The translations under genes were made by a program, and so were the position numbers. DNA of 63,750 bases, the filler included, from Ministeria vibrans ATCC 50519 (Eukaryota > Protista > Filasterea): assembly GCA_943704425.1 (NCBI GenBank). It is 7 parts of 7 records of this genome, joined end to end, with 100 filler letters (N's around TTAATTAATTAA, not from the genome) between each part and the next. Parts side by side here need not be neighbours in the genome. Positions count along the whole stretch, not along the records: positions 44,977 to 52,146 come from CALSCP010001392.1; positions 52,247 to 59,960 come from CALSCP010002459.1; positions 60,061 to 62,237 come from CALSCP010001213.1; positions 62,338 to 63,750 come from CALSCP010000036.1; 3 more parts are not named here. The stretch is one strand, 5' to 3'. This document shows positions 49,355 to 63,750 of this stretch, one piece after another. The stretch's first letter is position 1, and each line of letters begins with the position of its first letter. Below the pieces are notes generated by a model, which saw nothing but the letters and a program-made list of their open reading frames with translations, made no database searches and was not told the DNA's origin.

Positions 49355-49443
49355 TTTGAAATCACCACTGTGTATACTCACTCACTCACTCACTCACTCA
49401 TACTAAGCATAATAATTAGTATTGTAATGTAACAACAAATCTT

Positions 49444-50191
49444 TCACTCGCGTCGAAGTGCCCTGACGCGCTCCTCCAGCCCAAACAAATGCTCGTCGGC
49501 TGCCTCGGGCGCAATGAGTCGCATTGCATCTGCTAGATTGTAGAGATACTCGGGATTGGGTCCCGAGGGGCCAACCGAGCGTGCGATGATGGCCGCGACC
49601 GATTCGAGCGTCTCGACGCCCATAAAGTTGGGACTGTCGGCCGTCCCGAGATAGACGGAGACTGGAAACGATTCGCGGGAGGTGTCGCGCGGATAAAACG
49701 GCATGGGGTGCAGTGAGTAGCCTCCCTGGTGTTCACAGGTATGAGGATATCGTTCTGTGTGCACTGTGCGCTCACCTTTTCTCTAAAGTCAAGATGGCGC
49801 ATGACTTGTGGCACATGCGACGCTGGCACGCGATACGCAACGCCCCAAGTCCACATCTCCTGCGCATTCAAGTCTTGGCTGATAGTACTTGCCGGTACCA
49901 GGGTACACACTCGTCCAGGTGCCCCCGGAACGCCGCGATGGTCCTCTGATGACTTCACACCCGTCAGCAAAACTGTGAAACCGATCCTTGTTGTTTTCGA
50001 GTCTCACCTGCCAAAATCTTCGTCCATAGCCTTTCACGTGCCCTACCACTCGCTCCACCTGATGGAAGTCGACCTGTAGGAGGTGCACACGACAGTCAGG
50101 ATCGAGGAAGGGAAGAAGCGGGCGAGCAGTGAACCTTCCAAATCAACGAGCCATAACCAAAAATCCAAACGTCGTCAGGGTGTGCCGCCAT
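49444..50191 (-). CDS. CHAC: Glutathione-specific gamma-glutamylcyclotransferase (ChaC)
   Basis: VWIFGYGSLIWK, RRFWQ | SSEDHRG...PGRVCTL, LDFREK and GPSGPNPEYL. Confidence 0.93.
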
Positions 50192-50336
50192 GACACCACC
50201 AACAAAATAGACTCACCAATACAGTTTAACGTCAAAATTCGAAGAAAAAAATATATATATATTAGTGAATATTAATTAAGGTGTAAAATAATAGTATCTG
50301 TTATTTGTCTGTTGTGTATCGCAATTGTCCGTCCCT

Positions 50337-51261
50337 CTACTCTTTGCGCTTTTCGGCGACGTCGTCAACCAAAAGGTTGTCACAGTGTTTGAATAACACC
50401 CATAGTTCAACTGTGAGACACACAGCACGGCCGAGGAGAAAGACACCAAGCATGGCTGGGCTGTCGACGAGCGGCTGAAGCGGACCCCACACCGCCAGGG
50501 ACGACCGCTGCTGTCGCACATAGAGCCAGATGGGGAGCACATGAAGACCCGCAATAGCCAGAACGCCGACGGGTGTCTTGAACCCATGGGCCATGACAGC
50601 CTTGGCCCAGCCGGGCGCCGCACTGAAGGACGATTTCCAGTGCGCTCCCCAGGTGTGGGTGCAGCAGAAGACAAGCCACTCGACGCAAATCAACAGGGAC
50701 CCGACGCGCTGGAGAAGGAAAGGAAGGAAGGAGAGAATGAGGAGGAGAGGAACAGTGGTATGCGTGCGGGCGTGGCCGCGTGCGCTGAGACGCTGTCCCT
50801 TACACTTCCCATCCAGGTCCACAGCAAACTCCGCCCGACATTGTCGATCACCACATCAAACTACACAGAGAGAGCTTTCATGCCGGCGCCCACGCATCCA
50901 TCATCCGGTCCATCCCATATCGTACCCATGCCCCGAACCCCGACGTCTGGCTCAGCTTCCTGGCGGCAACACCGTCAATTCCTGCACCGCAACCAAAACA
51001 AAACTTGATCAACAAAACTAATCACTTCACCAGTGCAATTTGTCATCAGTCATTACCGTCCAAGATGGCCTGGATAGCGTAGCACACAACAAATAACACC
51101 GGCTCGGCGTCAAAATAGAGTCCGAAGGCGGCGACAAGCAGAGCAATCCGCACAAAGCCTAAGAGGAAAGTTCAACCGTTTCAAACGTTTCAAACTCGTC
51201 GCGCCCCCTTACCGATCAAGTTGGGTACATAGAAAATGATTTGCGTCTTTGTCGGTGCCAT
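50337..51261 (-). CDS. CDP-alcohol phosphatidyltransferase, phosphatidylinositol synthase-like
   Basis: YVPNLIG | FVRI; signature DGVAARKLSQTSGFGAWFDVVID (DG-x2-AR-x8-G-x3-D-x3-D); several transmembrane helices. Confidence 0.85.
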
Positions 51262-51402
51262 CCTAGTCGTAGCGAACGAAAACAATTCTATATTTCTATT
51301 GGATTATTTTGATTCTTTTCATTCGTTGATTTCGTTCTGTGAATAATGAGATCGAGTTTCAACTCAGAAGTATTTTTTTCTTTGCACTGTCTCTGCTTGA
51401 AA

Positions 51403-51858
51403 ATGTCGTCAACGGAGACTGCACGAGCGCCGATCACGCTATCAGGGCGGGATCGTCAAGGTACGAAGGGAGCGAGCGAGCGTGCGTGGGTGCGTGGGTG
51501 CGTGCGTGGCTAACTCCGTTTTGCTGCTCGCACGCGTGTCACTCGGCTGTGCGTAGTGTCGACGACGCTCAAGCGCAAGTCGGCCGAGGACGCCGCTGCC
51601 GAGCGCGAGATGCAGAAGCGGGCGCGCAAGTACGATCGCAGTGCGCCGGTCTCAACCAAGGTATGGCGGTGGGAGCGATGGAGAAGGGCGAAAGAGGTTT
51701 GCCGACACTCAAATGTGACTCCTCTTTTTTGTCGATTGTTTGCGACAGAGTGTCACAGACAAGAAGCTGCGCTCGACGCTGGCGCGGCAAGAAGCCAGAA
51801 TAGAGCAGTCGAAGATGGCGGCGGTGCGCAGTGAGGTTCTTTTGACGGAGCAAGCAGG
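51403..51858 (+). CDS. WDR46: N-terminus of WDR46/Utp7, truncated by spacer
   Basis: KYDRS...DKKLRSTL...AAVRSEVLLTEQAG resembles the WDR46/Utp7 segment preceding the WD repeats. Confidence 0.7.
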
Positions 51859-51930
51859 GTACGGAGAAGACGCGCTGTGATCCCCTGCGAATTCATTCTG
51901 TCGCTCACTTGCTTTCATTCTCGATCGCTC

Positions 51931-51973
<43 letters not shown>

Positions 51974-52004
51974 CTTTGTTTTCTCTCTCTCTCTTTATCT
52001 CTCT

Positions 52005-52051
<47 letters not shown>

Positions 52052-52081
52052 TCTCTCTATCTCTGTCTCTCTCTCTCTCTG

Positions 52082-52146
<65 letters not shown>

Positions 52147-52695
52147 NNNNNNNNNNNNNNNNNNNNNNNNNNNNNNNNNNNNNNNNNNNNTTAATTAATT
52201 AANNNNNNNNNNNNNNNNNNNNNNNNNNNNNNNNNNNNNNNNNNNNCCTCCTGCCCGCCCACGCCCGACCACGCCGCCCGCCCGCCCCGTCCGCCCCCGC
52301 CCGCGTCCAGCCAAGCCCGTATTTCCCAGCCAATGCGCCACCCAAAAGGGAAACTCTTAGTGTGTCTTGTTTCGGCTTTCTCCTTTGTGTCCTCTCGCTC
52401 GCAATCTCCCTCGTTGAAACTCGCGCAATACCCATCGCAAAGCACTCCACTAGCTGATCGCTGCCTCGGCGACGCATGGCTCTCAAGGCAACGCCGAGAG
52501 TTTCGATCAGGGTATTTTTGGATGCAAGTTCGACCGCGAACAGCAGCCCCATTGCCTCTCCATCACGAACACACCCACCCGCCGTGTATCAAGTCACATC
52601 CGAGGACTCCCAGTCACCTTTGTGCCTTTGTTTCTTCTTTTTTTTGGTTTGCTTGGTACTGATTTTTTTTTTTTTTTTTGTTTCTTGTGCATTAG

Positions 52696-57361
<4,666 letters not shown>

Positions 57362-57496
57362 ATCTTTTTTTTGTTCTGTACAATTTCTCTTACATGCATC
57401 ATTTCTATATACACACACTATAATATTGTTCTACGATTAAAAATTGCTCTTCGTTCACTTTTGATACTGGTAACGCGAGTGTCTTCTCCTGTACAG

Positions 57497-59890
57497 CTAC
57501 GAGTGGCTGGCCTCCCACGAGAAACCAAGCGCGTTGAGGCGGTAAATGACATGCTCTGGCAGTTTCTGGCGACGGTAGCTACTGCGCTGGTTGTTAACCC
57601 ACTTGCCCAGCTGCGGATTGGCCTTCCACCGCTGCGGTACCGACGCGTGTCCATTCTCTTCGCGGAATGCAAACAACTCGGTGAATCGCGACTCCCAAAA
57701 GCCCGTCGCGTCGGCAAGATCCCATCGAAAGCCCAGAGCGACGAGTTCGTTGAAGCGCTCGGCAGTGACGCCATTGGCAAGGTAGCGACGTCGCTCGGAT
57801 GCGAGCCAGCCCGCCAGCTGTGGATGGGGCGCCCACCCGTACGGTACCACCACATGCCCGTAAATGCTCTTGAATTGCTTCAGCGCAGACACTCGCTCGT
57901 TCCACTCGGCATCGCTCAGAGGCGTGTCCGATTCGGTCGCACTCGACGCAGCCCCCGACCCAACGACACCATTGCGCGTGGAGCGAGGCAACAAACTCAG
58001 TTGGTGCTGTACAATCGCATCGGTCGTGCCCAGAACATCACCACCACCACCACCAGCAGCAGCAGCAGCAGTAGCAGCGCCACTTCCACCACCAGCTGAA
58101 CTTGCATAAGCACTCGCAGACGAGTGTGCAGCGGGTCGGCGTTTCTTCGAGGCGCTCGCATTGCGACCGGAGGACGACGGAGAGCGCCGCCCATAGCCGG
58201 TGGTCATTCCAATCTCATAGTCGTCGCCGTCGTCGTCGTCAAAGCCAGCCATGTCTTCGTCGTCGTCAAAGGTCAATCGAGTGCGTTTGCGAGCTCGCTT
58301 ACGCCCCGACGCGGTCTGCTGCTGCTGCTGTTGTTGCTGTTGTTGCTGTTGTTGTTGTTGCTGTTGTTGCTGTTGGTGATGGTACTGTGCTTGTTGTTGC
58401 AAGGGACTAGGGGTGCCAACAAGGGCGTCTGGGCCCTCGGGGTAGTCCTCGGCAATGCTGGAGGCAACGCGGAGAGGACGGCCGTTGGTGAAGGGGGACT
58501 GGCGTGGGGCGACGGTAAGAGGCATGGCGGTGAAATCGTAGGCGTTGCCGGGAAGGGGTAGTAATGGAGGGGAAGCGGGTCGCGAGCCGGGGCGGGAGGT
58601 GGGGCGGGAGAAACTAGAGCGAGAGGGGGCATTGGAAAGGGAGTGACGCAGGCGCTGCTGTTGAGTGGGGAGTGGATCGCGAATTGGGAAGTTGGGAGCG
58701 TAGGGAAGAGTTGGGGTGAGAGGGGGGGTGCCTGTCTGCGGTGTCATGCCCGGGGGAAGGTACAGGGAGAGGTTGTCGACGGAAGCACGGCGGGAGAGCA
58801 GCATAGACTGAGCGATCGGCACTGGTGGCGAAGAGGGCGCCGACGGAGGTGCGCTGTGCATTGGCGACATGGCGTAGAGGGGCGGTGGAGGTGTGACGGG
58901 CACGGAGGAGCTTGACATGCGCCGTCGCAGCAGGGCGGGTAGTGCAAAGGCAGCAGCCGCACTGGACGACCACGAGGACGACGAAGGGTCTTGGCCAGGT
59001 AGATGGGGTAACGGGGTGGGCGGACCCGACGGAGGCTGCGAGGCAATGTAGGCAAACGAGAACTGGCCCAGTCGCTCGCGCCGTGTGTCGGCCAGGGGCA
59101 AACTGCGCTGTTGACTTGCCCAGCGATAGCTCCACGACGCATCCGTGACGTCCGCCTCGCCACTCGTCTCGGTCGTGATCGACTCGAGACGTGCCAGATC
59201 GAGTTCCCATCGCAAGTTGCGCTGTCGTCTTCGTCGGTAGCGCTCCTCGGGGTGTGCGGTGGCGCCCGCAGCGGACGAAGTGGGCGATGTCGAGGTCGAT
59301 CTGGGAGCACTTGTGACAGTGGCTGCGGGTGCCAGTGACGACGACAATGCCGCTCCACCAAATTCCTCGCCATCACCGTCTGCTGCCGCTGCCGCTGCCT
59401 CGTCCGTTGCTGCGTCTGATGACATGCAAGCAAGTTCAACGCCCGCGCGCGTTAGCAGCCGACGCTCGCGCGGCAACAGGGTGCCCAGGCGCGCGCGTTG
59501 TTGCATCTCGACGAGAAAGGCAGCAAGAGCAATGGTAGGCGGCGCAAGGGGCACGGCAGCATCGCCATTGCAGCGAACAAACTCACGAAGCATTGTCATG
59601 TACAAATTGAAAGTTCGCCGACGGGCTCGTCGCAGAACGGTCGTGGGAGCGACATCTGCCTTGGCACTGGCGCTGTGCTGTGCAAGGAGGGCATCACTGT
59701 CATCATCAACGGCCCAGTCATGGACGGTGGACGCGCCCAGGGCGTCGACAGCGCGCGTGGTCGTCGTCGGCGTGTGCGGCGCTGTCGGCGGCGTCACAGG
59801 CGCGGCGGCGGGCGCTGCTGCGTCGTGGTGCACGGGGTTGCCGACCATGATGATGGCCAGTGCAGCCGCGTGCTTCTCAGACTCTTCCAT
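57497..59890 (-). CDS. Intronless protein with helicase-associated (HA) repeats, Pro-rich and poly-Q regions, no helicase core
   Basis: Two canonical HA repeats (WNERVSALKQFKSIYGHVVVP...LAGWL...LVALGFRW; WESRFTELFAFREENGHASVP...LGKWVNNQR...LNALGFSW), two degenerate N-terminal copies, and NLS-like RKRARKR. Confidence 0.85.
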   Translation of the reverse strand: MEESEKHAAALAIIMVGNPVHHDAAAPAAAPVTPPTAPHTPTTTTRAVDALGASTVHDWAVDDDSDALLAQHSASAKADVAPTTVLRRARRRTFNLYMTMLREFVRCNGDAAVPLAPPTIALAAFLVEMQQRARLGTLLPRERRLLTRAGVELACMSSDAATDEAAAAAADGDGEEFGGAALSSSLAPAATVTSAPRSTSTSPTSSAAGATAHPEERYRRRRQRNLRWELDLARLESITTETSGEADVTDASWSYRWASQQRSLPLADTRRERLGQFSFAYIASQPPSGPPTPLPHLPGQDPSSSSWSSSAAAAFALPALLRRRMSSSSVPVTPPPPLYAMSPMHSAPPSAPSSPPVPIAQSMLLSRRASVDNLSLYLPPGMTPQTGTPPLTPTLPYAPNFPIRDPLPTQQQRLRHSLSNAPSRSSFSRPTSRPGSRPASPPLLPLPGNAYDFTAMPLTVAPRQSPFTNGRPLRVASSIAEDYPEGPDALVGTPSPLQQQAQYHHQQQQQQQQQQQQQQQQQQQQTASGRKRARKRTRLTFDDDEDMAGFDDDDGDDYEIGMTTGYGRRSPSSSGRNASASKKRRPAAHSSASAYASSAGGGSGAATAAAAAGGGGGDVLGTTDAIVQHQLSLLPRSTRNGVVGSGAASSATESDTPLSDAEWNERVSALKQFKSIYGHVVVPYGWAPHPQLAGWLASERRRYLANGVTAERFNELVALGFRWDLADATGFWESRFTELFAFREENGHASVPQRWKANPQLGKWVNNQRSSYRRQKLPEHVIYRLNALGFSWEASHS

Positions 59891-60060
59891 TCGTCTGAGG
59901 CGTGGGGGGGGTGCGCGTGAGTGAGCGTCAGTGAGAAAGTCAGTGAACTGAGAAAAAAAANNNNNNNNNNNNNNNNNNNNNNNNNNNNNNNNNNNNNNNN
60001 NNNNTTAATTAATTAANNNNNNNNNNNNNNNNNNNNNNNNNNNNNNNNNNNNNNNNNNNN

Positions 60061-60089
<29 letters not shown>

Positions 60090-60096
<7 letters not shown>

Positions 60097-60300
60097 GAGA
60101 AAAAAAAAGTGATGGAGAGAGAGAGAGGAGGGAGAAAAACAAGTGATAGGAGGGAGAAAAACAAAGTGATATAGAGAGAGAGGAGGGAGAAAAACAAGTG
60201 ATAGGAGGGAGAAAAACAAGTGATAGGAGGGAGAAAAACAAAGTGATAGGAGGGAGAACAACAAAGTGATAGGAGGGAGAAAAACAAAGTGATAGAGAGA
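60090..60300. repeat. Intronic minisatellite, about 22-23-bp unit GGAGGGAGAAAAACA(A)AGTGATA
   Basis: About 8 copies; same core as the 2503-2710 array. Confidence 0.85.
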
Positions 60301-60347
60301 GACGTTTGAGAGGGGAACGATTAGTCTTACGTCTTTTTTTGTTGTAG

Positions 60348-62145
60348 GTGGATTGGACTGTTGGCCAAGACGGCCAATTGGATGTGTTTGATGGCGCAGT
60401 TGGTCATTGACGGGAAGTCGTATGGTCTTCACGCGTTTCTTGTGCCGCTGCGCTCCATGACGACCCACCAACCCTTTGCGGGGGTCCTCATTGGAGATTT
60501 GGGCCACAAGATTGGTCAAAACGGCCTTGACAATGGATTTGTGGCGTTTACACACTACCGCATTCCGCGTGAGTACCTTCTCAACTCGTTTGCTGATGTG
60601 ACACCCGACGGGCGGTACACAGCCGAACACATTGCGCCCGGACGACGCTTTGCCATGGTAATGCAAGTGAACGAGTGAACGAATGACAGTGCGTCGGAGA
60701 GTGTGAGTGACTGTGAGTGAGACGGAATGTGAGAGAGTAGCGCTTCTGCACCTGAGTTTTTTCATGTGGTTTCTATGTTAGCTGCTGGCCCCACTGTCGA
60801 GTGGACGTGTTGGAATTGTGGGGCTAGTGCAGTCGCAGCTGGTGAGTGCGCTTACCATTGGAGTGCGATACAGTGCAGTGCGGTGTCAGTTTGGGGAACG
60901 GAAGGGAGCGCCTGAGCAGCCCGTGCTCTCGTACCAGCTGCAGCAGTACCGTCTTATGCCTGTGCTTGCGGCATACTATGCACACGAGTTCTTCTACCAT
61001 TCGCTGGTGGAGCAGTACTTGGAAGTGGAGCGTGTGGGTGCGTCTGGGAGTGGAAGCGATGGGACGTCGTTTGCGGTGGCGGAGATGCACGCGCTGAGTT
61101 CCGGGGCCAAGGCAGTTGTGTCGTGGACCGCGCGCGATGCCATCCAGGTGTGCCGGGAGTGCTGTGGCGGCCATGGCTATTCGTCGTGTGTACGTCTGGG
61201 GTATCTACGGGCGGACCATGAGCCCAATCTGACGTATGAAGGGGACAACTCAGTGTTGATGCAGCAGACTGCACGTTGGTTGCTTGCTCAGCTGCAGCTC
61301 ACCCTCACGGGCGACACCAGTCGACCTCTCTCGCCTTCTGCCGCCTTCCTCCAGCACTGGGCCTCAGACGCGGAGCGCGTCTCGTCCGTTTCCATGGTAA
61401 GAGTGAGTGAGTGAGCGAATGAGTGACTCTGAGTGCTCTTTTCGTGTCTTCTCTATGGGTCAATTGTAGGAGGACGTATGCTCACGGGCTCATCTCCTGT
61501 CGTGTCTCGAGTGCGTGACAGTCACGAATCTGCTCTCAGGCGCAGAGCGACTCCAAAGTGCACTGGGTGAGGCGTCTTCGTCCTTTTCCGCCTGGAACAA
61601 CGCACAGGTGTTTGCATTGCAGGACGCTGCTCGTGCGTATGTGGAGCTCCAGATTGCGCTTGTCTTTGCGCGCGCAGTCGATTCCGCCCCAGACACAGTA
61701 CGTCTAATTTGTCTTGCTCTGTCTCTCTGTGTCTCTGTCTGTGTCTTATACATGTGAGCGTATGTAGAGCATTGGGGAGACACTGGGTGAGCTGTGGACA
61801 CTGTATGTGCTGTGGCGGCTGGACACTCACATGATGACATTGCGTGCGTCGTACCTGAGTCACGCACAGGCGCAGGCAATGCGCATGCACATTCTAACGC
61901 TGTCACAGCGGATTGCACAGCGCAACGCAGTCGCCCTCATTGATGCAATTGCGCCCCCGGACGCCATACTGTTCAGTCCGTTGGGACGGGCGGACGGGGA
62001 AGTGTACAAGCACCTGTACCAGACGATCGCCACGCACCCGGGGTGCTTTGAGCGGGCCAAGTGGTGGCACGAAGCTCGCGTGCCTGTCGTGGTGGCCGCA
62101 CGCAGACACCTCGTGGTGGATGAAGAGGGTGACGTTTCCACTTGA
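60348..62145 (+). CDS. ACOX3: Acyl-CoA oxidase, ACOX3 (pristanoyl-CoA oxidase) type, 5'-truncated
   Basis: KIGQNGLDNG, RYSAVRCQFG, CRECCGGHGY, TYEGDNSVLMQQ and AVALIDAIAPPD...SPLGRADG. Confidence 0.9.
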
Positions 62146-62154
62146 GATTGAGAT

Positions 62155-62237
<83 letters not shown>

Positions 62238-62387
62238 NNNNNNNNNNNNNNNNNNNNNNNNNNNNNNNNNNNNNNNNNNNNTTAATTAATTAANNNNNNN
62301 NNNNNNNNNNNNNNNNNNNNNNNNNNNNNNNNNNNNNTTCTTACTCTTTCCTCTTCTTTCCTTTCCTTTTTTTTTTTTTTCTTGTTA

Positions 62388-63337
62388 CCGGGAGTTCCCA
62401 CCCCAATTGTGTCGCCCAGGGAGATTTCATAGCAGCCTAATTCTTTGAGAGCTCGCGCAACGCGACCCTATAAGAACAAAGTGTAAGAGAACGCTCACAC
62501 AGGACTCACTTCTCACTGCTTACGACATCATTGTAATCTACATCGCCTTGGTAGGGACAGCCAACCACACACGAGACATAGCCACGCACGCGGATCCCTT
62601 TGGCGCGCGCCTCTTCACACACACTTGTAAAGCGCTCAATGGACACATCAATGGAACAGTTGATGTTCTTCTGACTGAATGCTTCGCTCGCCGCTCCAAA
62701 CACCGCCACTTCCGTCGCACCTGCCTCCACAGCCTTGTGGAATCCCTGGTCGTTGGGCGTCAACACGGGATAGGACACGCCCTCTTTGCGAGTGATCTGC
62801 TTCATAATCTCAGAGTGATCAAACATCTAACACAAGAGCAAACGAAGAAAAACCATATATGAGCACCATGCGCTCGTGTGCATGTGTAGACGCACCTGCG
62901 GCACCCACTTAGGCGAGACAAACGACGTGCTCTCGACGACAGACAGTCCTGTGTTCGCCAGACCCTCAATCAGCCGAATCTTGTCCTCAGTCGCCACAAT
63001 CTAACCCCACACACACACACAGACACACACACACACACACACCCCATGTCAGCACCCATCCGCACTTGCACCACCCACCCGCCCCGCATCCCCCGCGTCC
63101 CCTTCTTCCCACTGCCAACGCGACACCTCACACAATATCATATCATAATTCAATACGATCAGAAAAACGTGAAAAAAAAAAAAGAAAAAAAAAAGGAGAA
63201 AATCTTTTTTGTGCTGTTGAAAGAACAGCGCATGCCACGCTGCTCGTCGCACTGCAGGCGTACCTGTTTTTCGTTCTGCAGGCCATCGCGCGGCCCTACT
63301 TCCACAATCTTTACGTATTTGGGCAAATTCGCAGTCT
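62388..63337 (-). CDS. HMGCL: HMG-CoA lyase, 3'-truncated, start unresolved
   Basis: [57 protein letters not shown] and [14 protein letters not shown]. Confidence 0.93.
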
Positions 63338-63750
63338 GTCAAGTGAAAAAAAGAAGAAAAAAACGTCAAAGTTACATTAATTTCAGGGCATTCGCGACTG
63401 CGTTTGGATAGGAGAGGGTAGGAGACGAGAGAATGGCAAGAATGGCGAAGAAACGGAGGGGAGAAGGGGCAGGGAAAGGGGCGTACGAGATGGGCGGAGA
63501 AGAGACGCCGTCTAAGCGCCGCCCTTGCGATCGGGCGTTGCAGCGCCCGGAAGGAGAGTCCCAGGAGTATGGCGAAGGGGGGGGGGGGGGGGGGGGGGTC
63601 GTGTCAACAGAAAGTATGAATGTGTGGCAAAGGGGTGGAGCGCAGGGCTGCGGGGGAGGAGAGCGCAGGTAAAATGACTGAGGATTGAAGTGCGATCAAT
63701 GAATGAGTTGAGTGTTTGCTCATTATTTTTTTTTTTTTTTTTTTTCATTT

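Noticed and set aside
60348-63337. Lipid/leucine catabolism cluster (ACOX3 + HMGCL)
   Set aside because: The two genes are separated by an artificial contig spacer.

Overview
Eukaryotic, gene-dense DNA with short introns and the standard genetic code. The gene set (ARID4, protein kinase D, an SH2-bearing myosin, BLOC1S4, long Ca-binding EGF arrays) points to a holozoan, most likely a unicellular animal relative; this is inference. The window is not continuous: six identical 100-nt spacers (44 N + TTAATTAATTAA + 44 N) join seven contigs, so several genes are truncated and adjacency across spacers has no biological meaning. About 25 protein-coding genes or fragments are recognisable, including BCAT, purple acid phosphatase, ARID4, SPF45/RBM17, an AstE/AspA-type hydrolase, PKD, two EGF proteins, a SET1-type methyltransferase, a KCTD, M17 aminopeptidase, ABCF2, a WW-CUE protein, a DHHC, an NDR/LATS kinase, BLOC1S4, HEXD, ChaC, a PIS-like transferase, WDR46, myosin-SH2, an HA-repeat protein, ACOX3 and HMGCL. 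No tRNA, rRNA, CRISPR or clear transposon was seen. Strongest observations: (1) a giant EGF protein whose EGF hairpin loops host a whole VWA domain and an acidic/poly-Arg block, with extra Cys pairs that may staple adjacent EGFs; (2) a cubilin-N-like/EGF/L-domain secreted protein nearby; (3) a GATA-like zinc finger fused to a Win-SET-postSET module; (4) a PKD with a third C1 domain; (5) a myosin-SH2 with a CUPID-like tail; (6) a dispersed intronic minisatellite (core CTATCACTTTGTTT) in eight unrelated genes. All family assignments come from motif recognition by eye, not database searches.
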